Source: a virus (taxonomy: Duplodnaviria > Caudoviricetes). Taken from it: 64,000 bases of DNA. Positions 52,637-63,019 of the stretch are shown here, one piece after another (position 1 is the first letter of the stretch; each line of letters opens with the position of its first letter). The stretch is taken from IMG/VR virus record IMGVR_UViG_2825563536_000001, positions 1 to 64,000 of that record; one strand, 5' to 3'. The notes beneath the pieces are model-generated. The model was not told the DNA's origin. It saw nothing but the letters and a program-made list of their open reading frames with translations, and made no database searches. Position numbers and translations under genes: made by a program.

Positions 52637-53892
52637 CCGGTCAGCCCGAGGGCCGCGCCGTAGCTGTCGAGGGCTGCGCGGGCCAGCCCCTGGTCGACGT
52701 GCGCGTAGATGCGGTGCGTCGCCTTGGAGTTGTGCCCGAGCAGCTGCATCCGCACATCTTCGGGCACGTTCATCGACTGCAGCACGGTCGCGGCGGTGTG
52801 CCGGGCCGAGTGGATGTTCACCGCCGGCAGGCCCGCGCGCACGAGCGCCCGGTGCCAGTTGCGGTGGTCGCTCGCCGGGTGGATCGGGGTGTTCGTGCGC
52901 GGGTTCGTCCACACCAGGCCCCACGGGTTCGTCGGCGTCGAGGCGAGGTGTTCGCGCAGGCCGTCGGCGATTGGGCCGATCAGGGGGATGAGCCGCTTGC
53001 TGCCCTTCGTCTTCGGGCGGCCGAGCGCGAGCGCGCCGAGCAGCGGCCGGTGTGCGTACCCGCGCGCGACGTTCAGCCGCACCATCGGGCACAGGCGCGG
53101 CCGGTTCCGCGGGTGCCCGCAGCTCGGGTCACCGGTGCGCGTGTCGCCGCAGCCGTGTACCTGCCCGGCCGAGACGAGCGCCCACGACAGGTCGAGGTAG
53201 CCGTCGGCGAAGTTGATCCGATCCGCCTGCAGGCCAATGACTTCGCCTTGCCGCTGCCCGGTGAGCAGCGCGACGGCGTACCGCAGCCACATTGGGTCGC
53301 CCGCGCGGTACGAGGTTTCGATCAGGTGCCGGGCCTGCCCGAGGTCGAGGGGCGGCAGGCCGTCGTCGGCGTCGGCGTCGTTGCGCGGCAGCGTGATCCG
53401 GGCGGTGGGGTTCTTCGCGAGCAGGTCGTCGGCGACGGCGTCGTCGAGGGCCTGGCTGAGTACGACGTGCACGAGTCGCGCGGTGCCGATCGACAGCCCG
53501 CGCGCGGCGAGTTCGGTGTGCATCCGGCGCACGTGCAGCGGTTCGAGCTTCGCGAGCTGCAGGTGCCCGATGGTCGGGACGATCGAGTTCTTCACGCGAG
53601 ACCGGTAGCTGCGCAACGTGTTCGGCGTGAGGCCGCGCGCGGTCGCGACGTTGTCGAGCCAGTAGTTCATCCAGGCTTCGACGGTCGTCGGCCCGCCCTT
53701 GACGACGGTGCCGTTCTGCAGCTCGGTCAGCTTGTCCTGTGCAGCGGAGTTTGCGTCGCGCTTGAGCTTCCGGGCGACGGTCACGCGCCGGCGTTTGCCG
53801 TCGGGGCCGGTGCCGAGGCTGATGGGGACGACCCAGAGGCCATCTGAGGCCCGTTTGTACGCCTTGCCGAGTGTCGGGCCGGGTGCGGTCAA
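52633..53892 (-). CDS. int: Tyrosine integrase
   Basis: TGQRQGE (R), PKT (K), HSARH, LGH and Y catalytic residues. Confidence 0.95.
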   Translation of the reverse strand: MTAPGPTLGKAYKRASDGLWVVPISLGTGPDGKRRRVTVARKLKRDANSAAQDKLTELQNGTVVKGGPTTVEAWMNYWLDNVATARGLTPNTLRSYRSRVKNSIVPTIGHLQLAKLEPLHVRRMHTELAARGLSIGTARLVHVVLSQALDDAVADDLLAKNPTARITLPRNDADADDGLPPLDLGQARHLIETSYRAGDPMWLRYAVALLTGQRQGEVIGLQADRINFADGYLDLSWALVSAGQVHGCGDTRTGDPSCGHPRNRPRLCPMVRLNVARGYAHRPLLGALALGRPKTKGSKRLIPLIGPIADGLREHLASTPTNPWGLVWTNPRTNTPIHPASDHRNWHRALVRAGLPAVNIHSARHTAATVLQSMNVPEDVRMQLLGHNSKATHRIYAHVDQGLARAALDSYGAALGLTG

Positions 53893-54117
53893 TTCGTGCT
53901 CCTGGTGGGGAATGGGAAGGGGCAGCGTTACGCAGTGTTTCGCGTATCCGCTGCCCCTCGTTCTACCACACGGTAATTACTCATAACCGTGTGTTTACAC
54001 CCCGATTCAGGCGGCAAATGACCTCCGTAATGATCCCAACCTGCAGGTACGCATCCGGTGCGCACGACGTCGCCGGACGGCCGTTTCGGGCACTGTAGCC
54101 ACAGGTGTAGCCGCTGG

Positions 54118-54468
54118 TTAGGAGTTGGTGGCCGTTACCGTGGTCGCGGGCCTGGTCGCGCCCTTGGCGGCCGCTACGGCCTTCCGGCGGGCGGCGTCCG
54201 CGCGCTGCTCCTCGGTGGTCCGCTGGCGCAGCGTGAGCCGCTTCTCCTTCGCCTTGACGGCCTTCGGGTCCATGTCGGTGCGAGCGCCGCGGCCCGGTCG
54301 CGAGTCGTTCCACTTCAAGACGGTGTCCTCGGACCAGCCCTTCGCGCGGCCGACGATCACGTCCGGCTCGGGCAGTAGACCGCGCTCGTCGTAGCCGTTC
54401 ACGGTGTTGACCGACAGGCCGAGCAGTTCGCCGATTTCGCGGCGGGTGAGGTATCGCTTCGTAGTCAT
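54118..54468 (-). CDS. AlpA/Xis-like HTH protein
   Basis: YLTRREIGELLGLSVNTV..Y..RGLLPEPD....GW. Confidence 0.75.
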   Translation of the reverse strand: MTTKRYLTRREIGELLGLSVNTVNGYDERGLLPEPDVIVGRAKGWSEDTVLKWNDSRPGRGARTDMDPKAVKAKEKRLTLRQRTTEEQRADAARRKAVAAAKGATRPATTVTATNS

Positions 54469-54673
54469 GGGAGTGTCCTTCGTTCGGGGGTTCGGGTTCC
54501 CCGCAGTCGGGGCGCCGTATGCCGGTCACGTTACGTCACATCCTGTGCAATGTGCAAGCTACCCGGCCGGGCACCCGTCCCACCAGGCAGTTTCGTCACT
54601 GTGACACCCTGACTTGCTAAATGACAAGGGCTGCGGTAAATTGATCTTGTCAAACGGAAAGGAGGTGGTAACA

Positions 54674-54874
54674 ATGGACAAGAAGACGATCAAGGCGATC
54701 CTCAAGGAGGCCGAGGCTCAGGGGTTCACCCTCAAGGTGCACACCAACGGGCACATCAGCGCCTACAAGGACGGCGTGTACGCGGCGACCTTCGCCGGTA
54801 CCGGTAGCGACTACCGGGGCGCGAAGAACTCGCTGGCGGCACTACGCCGAGCCGGGTTCATCTGGCCCCGGTAA
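54674..54874 (+). CDS. HicA-like toxin
   Basis: QGF.....GH and T.SDYRG.KN..A.LRRAG motifs; TTGCTA-N17-TAAATT promoter with TGACAAG/CTTGTCA operator. Confidence 0.75.
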   Translation: MDKKTIKAILKEAEAQGFTLKVHTNGHISAYKDGVYAATFAGTGSDYRGAKNSLAALRRAGFIWPR

Positions 54875-54947
54875 GCACACGGGGGGCGGGGCGGGGGTGC
54901 CGCCCCGCCCCCCATGACCGCACAACAACAGAACAGGACACACCGAC

Positions 54948-55373
54948 ATGACCGACTACAACATCATCGCGAGGCTGGCCGCCGCCCCGGACGAACCGAT
55001 CGAAGACCGGGCGCTCGCGCTCGTCGAAGCCTTCGCCGAGTACGGCCCGTCCGTCGGCCCGCTCGGCAACGGCACCGCCGAACTGACGATCACCGTGCCC
55101 GCCGACACCATCCGGCAGGCGATCGACACCGGGTTCGCGCTGCTCGCCGACCGGGGCGTTCAGCCGACGTCGATCGAGGCTATGACCACCGACGACTGGG
55201 ACCGCCAGCACGCGATCGACAACTCTGACGACATGCTGTCCGTCACCCAGGCCGCCGACCTGCTCGGCGTCTCCCGCCAGCGGGTGCTGCAGCGCATCAG
55301 CGAGGGCACGATCGCGGCCCGCAAGGTCGGCCGGGCGTGGGCGATCCCGCGCGGCGCGCTGCAGGCCGCGTGA
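54948..55373 (+). CDS. HicB-like antitoxin with C-terminal HTH
   Basis: Follows HicA; LSVTQAADLLGVSRQRV HTH. Confidence 0.7.
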   Translation: MTDYNIIARLAAAPDEPIEDRALALVEAFAEYGPSVGPLGNGTAELTITVPADTIRQAIDTGFALLADRGVQPTSIEAMTTDDWDRQHAIDNSDDMLSVTQAADLLGVSRQRVLQRISEGTIAARKVGRAWAIPRGALQAA

Positions 55374-55715
55374 TGTCGAAGATCAACCCGCGCCTGGTGT
55401 CGATCGGCATCCGCGAGAGCGCCGACACCGTGACCGAGGTCGGCGCTCTCGTCGACTACCTGACGAAGTGCGCGCGCACGATCGACGGCCACGACGTTGC
55501 CGGCGGGCACCTCTCACGGGCGGCCGAGCTGCTGGATGCAGTTCAGGTCTCGCTCGACGACGCCATGCAGGCGCTCCCGCCGCTCCCCGAGTCCCCCTGA
55601 GGCGCGTAACGGCCCCCCTCCCGGCAGGCAGGGGGGCGGCGCCATGTTCGGCGCCCACACAGGACGCCAGAAGGCCCCCTCCCGGTCGGGTAGGGGGCCT
55701 TCTCGTGTTCGGGGG

Positions 55716-56009
55716 CTAGAAGCCGAGGCGGCGCAGGTCGGCGTACAGGGTGCGGCCGCCGCGGATGAGCGTCGTCGGCCTGACGTACGTCTTGCCGTCG
55801 ACGTTCGTGAGGACTTTGGGGTCGACGAGCGCGACACCGGCGAGCATCGCGTTCTTGACGCGCTCCGCGGTGGGGTAGTGGTCGACGGCAACTCTGTGCA
55901 TGTCGGGCACGTCGACGCCGGACCAGATCGGGGTCACGTCGTAGAGGCCAAGGCTGCGCACGTGCACGATGTCGACGCGGACGAGGTTGGGGGCGGTGGA
56001 GTCGGCCAC
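55716..56009 (-). CDS. Cassette gene, hypothetical
   Basis: Own family promoter, RBS and downstream terminator. Confidence 0.65.
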   Translation of the reverse strand: MADSTAPNLVRVDIVHVRSLGLYDVTPIWSGVDVPDMHRVAVDHYPTAERVKNAMLAGVALVDPKVLTNVDGKTYVRPTTLIRGGRTLYADLRRLGF

Positions 56010-56122
56010 GGTAGGGGCCTTTCGGGTGGTAGGGGGCTTGCGCGGGGCGCCAGGCCCGGTCGGCCTGACATGAAGAACATTACGTCATATCCGACCCCTT
56101 GACAAGTCGGCAGGTCGGGGAC

Positions 56123-56398
56123 TCAGGCGCGGTCTTGCGCGGCGGTGATGTCGGCGGCGGTGGCGCCGTGCTGGCGGGCCTGCTCGATGAAGTGCTGCAG
56201 GCGGGCGGCGGTGTCGACACCCTTCGCGCCGGGGGTGTCGCGGTGAATCGCGGTGAACCGGGTGACCATGAGCAGCGCGCGGCGGCGCAGGTCGTTCTCG
56301 GTGTCGGCGTCGGCGAGGTCGGCGGCCGGGGCCGGGGTCGTGCCGCGGACGAGGCGGTTGAGCGCGGCGCGGGCGTCGGGGCCGAGGATGTCGTTCAC
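56123..56398 (-). CDS. Cassette gene, hypothetical
   Basis: Own family promoter, GAAAGGA RBS. Confidence 0.65.
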   Translation of the reverse strand: MNDILGPDARAALNRLVRGTTPAPAADLADADTENDLRRRALLMVTRFTAIHRDTPGAKGVDTAARLQHFIEQARQHGATAADITAAQDRA

Positions 56399-56518
56399 GG
56401 TGTCCTTTCCTGTCAGGCCCGGTCGGCCTGGCATGAAGAACAATAGGTCATATTCGACCCTATGACAAACAGGCTGGCCAGGAGTCATAAACGCCCCTGA
56501 CCAGCCCGTGCGGCGGTC

Positions 56519-57295
56519 CTACAGGTTCAGATCGGCCAGTGCTTCGCGAGCCAGATCGAGGTGTGCGAGTTTGTCGTCGAGCCGACGGTGCAGGATGTCC
56601 ATAATCTCCGCGTTCTCCCGCGCGCGGGCGATCAGGTCGACCGTCGACCACGCCTCGAACCCTGCAGGCGCCTCGTCGGTCTCCGCGGTTTCCGGCCCAG
56701 CGGCCACCTGCAGGACCGACGGGACCGGGGCGGGCACATGCACCGGCAACGACGGCGCCGTGTCCGTGGTGGCGACCACAGGCTCCGCCGGCGCGACGTC
56801 CCGCGCGGGCGTGTCCGACAGCTGCAGCTCGTCCTCATGCCCGCGCATGTGCCGCGAGTACGCGGGCGTGCTCGCGAACTTGCGGTCACACAGGACGCAC
56901 AGGCGGTCCGGGCCGTGACTGTTCGACAGGTGCGAGACCATCGCCATGCGCTTGTCGGTGAGGTACCCGCCGCACTCGGCAGGGTTCGGGCACACGTACG
57001 TCCCGCCGACCGGCTCGGGAAGCGTGATCTTCGACTTCCGCTCCCACGCCTTGATCGGCTTCTCTGCGTTCTCGCGAACACGCGGGGCCGACATGTCGCG
57101 GCTGATCGACGTCGTCGTCTTGCCGTCGGGCGCGTACAGCAGCATGTGCCCTTTCGCCGACCGGCGAGCGAGCCACCCCGCCTTGATCGCGCGCCGGACG
57201 AGAGATTTTGCGAAGTCGTCGAATCCGCCGAGATTGGGGTTCTTCGTGAACGCGCCGTTCGATTCGGGTTCTGAATGCTTGGCAGTTGCAGTCAT
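56519..57295 (-). CDS. HicA-like domain fused to C2H2 zinc fingers
   Basis: AGW..RRSAKGHMLLYAPDG; CVLCDRKF......RHMRGH. Confidence 0.6.
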   Translation of the reverse strand: MTATAKHSEPESNGAFTKNPNLGGFDDFAKSLVRRAIKAGWLARRSAKGHMLLYAPDGKTTTSISRDMSAPRVRENAEKPIKAWERKSKITLPEPVGGTYVCPNPAECGGYLTDKRMAMVSHLSNSHGPDRLCVLCDRKFASTPAYSRHMRGHEDELQLSDTPARDVAPAEPVVATTDTAPSLPVHVPAPVPSVLQVAAGPETAETDEAPAGFEAWSTVDLIARARENAEIMDILHRRLDDKLAHLDLAREALADLNL

Positions 57296-57458
57296 AAGAG
57301 ACTCGATTCTAAGTAGTCCAGGGTTTCACCATTTCGCCTGGTAGCGGGGCCTGTTTGGGACTTTAGTCCCGAACCAGACGAACGGTCGGTCAACGCTACC
57401 GAGGGGTGAACGGCCCCCGCCCACGTGCAGAAACGTGAGCGGGGGCCGTAGTTGTGGA

Positions 57459-58205
57459 CTAGGCGGTCAGCGCGCGGCGGCCGTTCAGGGCGGTGTCGCC
57501 GACGTTCGCGCGGTTGCCCGCCTCCTTGCCTGCGTCGCCCGCGCCGGGGTCGTAGCCGCCCCGGTAGCGGTTCGAGATAACGCGGGTGCGAGGCCCGAGC
57601 AGGTCGGCGCGGAGCTGCTCATTCGCCCGCTTCGCCTCGTCGACGAGCACGAGCGCAGCGCCCGGCCCGGCCGCTTCGGTCGCCTGCGTTTCGGCCTGGC
57701 CGAGCCGCTCGGAGATCGTCTGGTAGAAGCCGAGCATCCAGGAGCGGCGGAAGGTCGCCGTGGCGGTGCGCGACCCGGCGGGCGGCTTCACGCGGGAGGC
57801 CCCGACGAGCATCTGCGAGTTGAGCATCGAGAACAGCACCCGCACCCGGTCGACGTTCAGCTCGGTCCCGTACAGGTAGTCCGTCGCGTCGGGGCTGCTG
57901 AACGTGCCACCGGCGGTGATCGCGGAGCAGTGCAGCGATTCCGCGATCATCTGCAGGAGCGACCGCTGCACGGTGAGGTACTTGCCGCTCAGGTTGAACG
58001 TCGTGTGCACGATCGGGGCGGGGCCGTCGCTGTCGCGGCGCAGGGCCTCCGCTTCGTCGATGCCGTACTTCGCCAGCAGCGCGATCGCCTTCTCGTTGAA
58101 CACGTCGGCTTCCGGGGTTCCGGCGACGTCCTGGGCCTTGCGGAACAGGCCGCGGATCGTTTCGAGCTTCTTGGCGCGGCGCTCGGCGGTGATGTTGTCA
58201 GTCAT
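57459..58205 (-). CDS. DUF2786-domain protein
   Basis: LETIRGLFRKA....TPEA..F.EKA..LLAKYGID; FRRSW..GF. Confidence 0.8.
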   Translation of the reverse strand: MTDNITAERRAKKLETIRGLFRKAQDVAGTPEADVFNEKAIALLAKYGIDEAEALRRDSDGPAPIVHTTFNLSGKYLTVQRSLLQMIAESLHCSAITAGGTFSSPDATDYLYGTELNVDRVRVLFSMLNSQMLVGASRVKPPAGSRTATATFRRSWMLGFYQTISERLGQAETQATEAAGPGAALVLVDEAKRANEQLRADLLGPRTRVISNRYRGGYDPGAGDAGKEAGNRANVGDTALNGRRALTA

Positions 58206-58370
58206 GTGAGCTGACCTTTCTGTCGTGGTAGGGGCTGCCCGGCCTGTCGGCCTGACGGGTTGAACTTTACGTCATATCCTGTGCCTAGTGCAAACCGGGG
58301 GTGGTTCGCCCTGACCAGGGAGTGAAGGGGGGTGCCCCCGGCCGCGTGCCCTGCGGCCGGGGGCGGTGAG

Positions 58371-58592
58371 CTAGCCGAGCAGGCAAATCTCACCGGGCGG
58401 GTTCGGGGTGGTGCCGGTGCAGCAACCGGTGCAGTAGCACTGGGTGCGGCGGTCGTGCAGGCACTTCACGCCGGGCGGGTTGTCGTGCAGGCCCTGCGAG
58501 AGGCAGTTGATGCAACCGCACTCGCGATCGGGTCCGTGCTCGACGTTCTCGAAGAACTCCCAGTCCTGCGCGGAGAAACCCTGGACGCGCAT
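58371..58592 (-). CDS. Cys-rich cassette protein
   Basis: Family promoter, GAAGGGAG RBS, nine Cys. Confidence 0.55.
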   Translation of the reverse strand: MRVQGFSAQDWEFFENVEHGPDRECGCINCLSQGLHDNPPGVKCLHDRRTQCYCTGCCTGTTPNPPGEICLLG

Positions 58593-59444
58593 GTTGCGCT
58601 CCCTTCACTCTGTTGACTTGTACTGCCTGCCAGGCCCGGTCGGCCTGACATGAAGAACATTACGTCACAAACAACCCCTTGTGCAAACCCGCAGGCCAGG
58701 GGTCATAAATTGCCTCATGTCCACGTCGGGCGGCCGCGGTCGCGCGGTGCAGGCGCCCCGCCCCGGTGATCGGGCCACGCTGCGCGCCGAACCGGGACGC
58801 CCGCGCCCGATGTAGCCGGGACACCCCTTCGGGCGCCCAGTGGGCAGCCAGGCCCCAGGAACGCGGAAACCCCAGCTCGTAGCGAACTGGGGTCTCGGCC
58901 GGGCGACGGGGTCAGGCGCGTGGGCGCACCTCGAACCCGAGCGCGTCCGCGAGTAGGCGCATCAGGGCCTCGGCGGTCGGGTACGGCGTCGACAGTGTCG
59001 CGTGCCCGACGGCGCGCGCGTGCCCCACCTGATCGGTGCACTCGCACTCCCCTGCGTCGACGCCGATGCCGGTCAGTGGGCGGCCGTCGACGATCGACTC
59101 GTCCAGCTGCCACCCGGTCCCGGCCTCGTTCACGTGCACGAAGACCTGCAGGACGTCGTCGACCCGGTGCCACCGGTCCGACCCAAGCTGCGCGGCCGGG
59201 CGGTCTTCCGCCGGCGTCGCAGAGCAAGCGATCATCCCCGCTGCCTCCCTCGTGTGTCGCGGCTGCTGAACCGCGGTTGAACAGTAGTCCGGGTTGACTT
59301 GTGCGCATCGCCGTGTCAGCGAAATGACCGCCAACCTCTCGGTTTGTCTAGGGGTAGTTTCCTGCGTATTGTTCATGGTGTTCGGCCGACCGGCCGGGCG
59401 CCCCGCGGGGGGCATCCCCGCACAACCCGAAAGGGGTGGTCAAC

Positions 59445-59726
59445 ATGACCGCAACGTTCAACCTCGTCACCGCCGATGAGGCGGACTTCGCCGCCCTGCG
59501 CGAGCAGGCGGACGCGGACCAGGCCGAGCTGGTGCGCATCGGCGCCGAGGGCACCGACGCCGAGGTGCGCGCCGCACGGCTCCCCGAGTCGGTCGCGACC
59601 CTCGCGGTTGCGCTGGATTCGTCCCGCCCGGCGGCGGCGATCCGGCGTGAGCTGGACGACCGCCTCGAGCTGTCGAAGCTCGTCACCCTGCTGCGCCGCA
59701 GCGGGGAACTCGACGGGATCGCGTAG
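59445..59726 (+). CDS. Cassette gene, hypothetical
   Basis: Family promoter 59344-59372, GAAAGGGG RBS. Confidence 0.65.
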   Translation: MTATFNLVTADEADFAALREQADADQAELVRIGAEGTDAEVRAARLPESVATLAVALDSSRPAAAIRRELDDRLELSKLVTLLRRSGELDGIA

Positions 59727-59876
59727 GCGATCGGGGGCGTCCCGAGGGTGCCGGGACGCCCCCCACCGGGGGTAGCAAACAACCCCCAGCCTGCAGGTTT
59801 GTCCCAGGGTCATATACGGCCTACAGTTCATCACGTCGGGCAACAGCGCCCGACACTCACAGCAAGGAGTCAGCAA

Positions 59877-60305
59877 ATGACCGCCCCTACCACCGCCGCC
59901 CAGCTCGCCACCGCCACCGAGGGGCGCGCTGCCGAGGTCCGCGCCGCCCACGCCCGCGCGATCGTGGAGCCGTACGTCGACCCGCTCGTGACCCTGTTCT
60001 CGGACCGCTACGACGCCGAGCTGACCGCCCTGACCGAGCGCGGCGGCATGGCGGGCATCCGCTGCACCGGCGGGAACTTCCTCGCGATCGAGGGCACCGC
60101 CGGGCTGTCGCCGGATAACCGCGTGATGTTCTTCCTCGCCACCAACACGATCGAGGGCGGCCTCGCCGACACCCCCGACGAGGGCAACGGGTGGGCCGTC
60201 GGTCTGTACGACGCCGACACGGACGAGATGCTGGCGCACGGCGACGACGCCGACATCACGGTCGCGCACTCGGCGGCGTTCGCGCGCCTTCGCGGCCGCA
60301 AGTAG
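59877..60305 (+). CDS. Cassette gene, hypothetical
   Basis: Family promoter 59799-59827, AAGGAG RBS, terminator ~60318-60350. Confidence 0.7.
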   Translation: MTAPTTAAQLATATEGRAAEVRAAHARAIVEPYVDPLVTLFSDRYDAELTALTERGGMAGIRCTGGNFLAIEGTAGLSPDNRVMFFLATNTIEGGLADTPDEGNGWAVGLYDADTDEMLAHGDDADITVAHSAAFARLRGRK

Positions 60306-60495
60306 AAGCCCGACCGGAAAGGCCCCGACGCACCGCGCGCCGGGGCCTTTCCCGTGTTCGAACCATAGGCGGTTTATGACCCCTGGCCTCTTGGTTTGTC
60401 AAGGGGTTGTTTCTGACCTACAGTTCTTCATGTCAGGCCGACAGGGCCTGGCCCCCGGCGGGGGGTTCCCGCCCCAGTCCCCACAGGAGGACGAC

Positions 60496-60768
60496 ATGCT
60501 CGCAACCATCACCCGCAAGGCACGCTTCGCCGATGCCGAGCGTTACTCCGCGGCCGTCGCCGACGCCGACCTCGCGGACCAGCTCGCTCAGCTCGTCGAG
60601 GGCTACTGGCACTTCCAGGCCCGCCTCGACGCCCTGCAGGGTCCGGCCGGAAAGGCGCTCCCGTGGCGCACTCGCCGCCGCCACATCCGGGCGGCCCGGT
60701 TCGTCGCGGAGACGACCTACGCGCGGGCTGCGGTGCTCAGCGACCGCATCGCGAAGCTGATCTACTGA
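60496..60768 (+). CDS. Cassette gene, hypothetical
   Basis: Family promoter 60396-60424, AGGAGG RBS. Confidence 0.7.
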   Translation: MLATITRKARFADAERYSAAVADADLADQLAQLVEGYWHFQARLDALQGPAGKALPWRTRRRHIRAARFVAETTYARAAVLSDRIAKLIY

Positions 60769-60859
60769 CAGCCGAGCAACACACGAACCCCCCGACCACA
60801 GGGCACGCGGTCGGGGGGTTCCCCATATTCGCTGGGGGTTCACTGCGAGGCGCGGCGCG

Positions 60860-61310
60860 GTGCGGCGGCTGCGGTGCGGCGCGCCCGTCCGCCCGGTGGG
60901 CCGTGGGGGGCGGCGATCGCCCGGTGCCGCGGGTGCCGCGGGTGCCGCGCGGCGTGCGGCGGGGGTGCGGCGCCAGTTCCCCACCAGCCGGACCGGGGTG
61001 CGGCACCGGTGCGGCGGGGCCGACGCCGGCGGGCCGGGTCCACACGTGGGGAGCTGGGGCTGAGTTCCGGGTGCGGCGGGGTGCGGCATGGCTGTGACCT
61101 GCGGTTGCCGCACGTGCCGCAGTCTGCGCCGCAGGCGCGGCGGCTGGGTGCCGCAGGCGCGGCGAGGGTGCGGCACCGGTGCGGCGGGCGGGGTGCGGCG
61201 CCCTGCAAGACGGTGCGGCACCGGTGCGGCGGCGATCGCGAGGGGCGACGGCCGACCGGGGCGCCGCGCGGCGTGCGGCGGGGCGCGGCGGCGGTGCGGC
61301 GGGGTGCGGC
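60860..61310. repeat. Non-coding array of GTGCGGC heptamers
   Basis: 16 direct copies counted plus one inverted, many paired at 10-11 bp. Confidence 0.8.
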
Positions 61311-61440
61311 ACGAGGGGCAATATCCGGCCCAACCTGCACGGTTGCCCCCGATTTGCACAAGGGGTCGTGTCGTGCGTATAGTTCATCTCGTCAGGCCGA
61401 CCGGCCGAGACGCCCCTACCGCAACAGAAAGCAGGCCGAC

Positions 61441-61851
61441 ATGATCTCCGACAGCAAGACCGAGGCCCCGACGATCACCGGCGAGATGGTCCGGTACGCG
61501 TACAGCTGCGCCGGCGGCGCCGCCCGCGTCACGCTCCCGCAGGTGACCCAGCGCCTGCACGGCTTCCCGGTTCGCTACACCCTGTCGATTGACCAGACCT
61601 ACGCCTACCAGTCGTCCTTCGCCGTCGAAGTGTTCTCCCTGTCGACGAAGTCGTGGGGCGAGCTGTGGACCCTTCCCGGCAAGGACTTCGCGCCGTCGAT
61701 CCTGGGGGCCGACAAGCCCACCGGGCAGATCGGCCTGCAGCTCGCCCCGACCCCCGCCTCCCGCGGAGGGACCGACTACGAGGCGATCGCGCGGTCGTGG
61801 CAGCAGGTGTTCAACCGGCTGTTCGAACACGCGGAGTTCGTGCTCCGGTAG
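61441..61851 (+). CDS. Cassette gene, hypothetical
   Basis: Family promoter 61354-61383. Confidence 0.7.
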   Translation: MISDSKTEAPTITGEMVRYAYSCAGGAARVTLPQVTQRLHGFPVRYTLSIDQTYAYQSSFAVEVFSLSTKSWGELWTLPGKDFAPSILGADKPTGQIGLQLAPTPASRGGTDYEAIARSWQQVFNRLFEHAEFVLR

Positions 61852-61999
61852 TGAGCGCGGGGGCGGGGTCGCGAGGCCCCGCCCTCGAAGGGTCGTTTAT
61901 GACCCCCGACCTCTCGGTTTGTCAAGGGGTCGTTTCCTGTGTAATGTTCTTCATGTCGGGCAGCCCGCCCGGCGCCCCTACCGCCCCCTTGGAGGAATC

Positions 62000-62338
62000 A
62001 TGCCGAAGCCGACCACGATCACCGTCGAACTCCCGGTCTGCGTCACCATCGCCAACTCGATCGCCGCCGCCGGGCGCGTCGCCCGCCGCACCGCCCGCGA
62101 CCTCGAGCGCAACGCCCGGCAGGCAATCGAAGACCTCGAACGCGGGATTCTGCCGCGCGACGCGGACAACGGCCGCCTGACCGAGGAGTACGCGGGGGCT
62201 ATCGAGAACCTCTCCCAGCTCTCGATCCTCGCCCGCTCGGTGAACCTGCCCGAGACCCACGTCGACGCCCTGATCCGGGACAACGCCGACGACTGGTTCC
62301 GGTACGTCCTCGCCGACGGGACCGAGGTTCACGGGTAG
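62000..62338 (+). CDS. Cassette gene, hypothetical
   Basis: Family promoter 61919-61947, GGAGG RBS. Confidence 0.7.
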   Translation: MPKPTTITVELPVCVTIANSIAAAGRVARRTARDLERNARQAIEDLERGILPRDADNGRLTEEYAGAIENLSQLSILARSVNLPETHVDALIRDNADDWFRYVLADGTEVHG

Positions 62339-62674
62339 CAAGCAACCGGTCCGCAACCGGACCTGACGCCCCACCAGACGGCCGCGTGCACCCCCGCCGG
62401 GACACGCGGCCGTTGCCGTACGCGCGGGGAGCCTGGTGGGCGCCTGGGGGTGGGCCGCCGACGAGGCGGCGGGGCATCGGCCGGCAGGCGGACGCCAGCG
62501 GACCACCAGGGCCACCACGGGGCCGCGCTCGGGCGTCGACCCGGTCGAGCTACACGCGGACGGCCAGTGGGGACTGGGGCCTCGACAACGCAGAAGGCCC
62601 GCCCCTCGGGTGAGGGGCGGGCCTATGATGAGCGGGCGTCGGGGGGCGGCACCCACGCCCCCCGCCGCACCTGC

Positions 62675-62833
62675 CTACCGGGCGGACTCGATCTGCGCTT
62701 CGGTCGCGCCGAGGTTGCGAGCTTCGGCCTCCCAGGCGGCGAGCGCACCGGCGACGGCCGGGTCGGTCTTCGCGCGGGCGACCATCGCGAGGGCGCGGGT
62801 CAGGCGGTAGGTGGTAGGGGCGGTGTTCGACAT
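62675..62833 (-). CDS. Cassette gene, small hypothetical
   Basis: Family promoter 62903-62931, GGAGG RBS. Confidence 0.6.
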   Translation of the reverse strand: MSNTAPTTYRLTRALAMVARAKTDPAVAGALAAWEAEARNLGATEAQIESAR

Positions 62834-63019
62834 GCCGTCCTCCGTAGGACTCGGGCGGGAACCCCCCGCCGGGGTGTCGGGCCGGTCGGCCTGACATGAC
62901 CAACTATAGGTCATTACCTACCCCTAGACAACCCTGCAGGCCAGGGTCATAAACTGCCCCCAGTTGGGGGTACGGGAACACCCCGGCCGCGTGCCCTGCG
63001 GCCGGGGTGTTCGCGTCGA

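Noticed and set aside
60433-61387. Arg/Pro/Gly-rich ORFs over the GTGCGGC array
   Set aside because: Low-complexity translations in all frames with no RBS or codon bias
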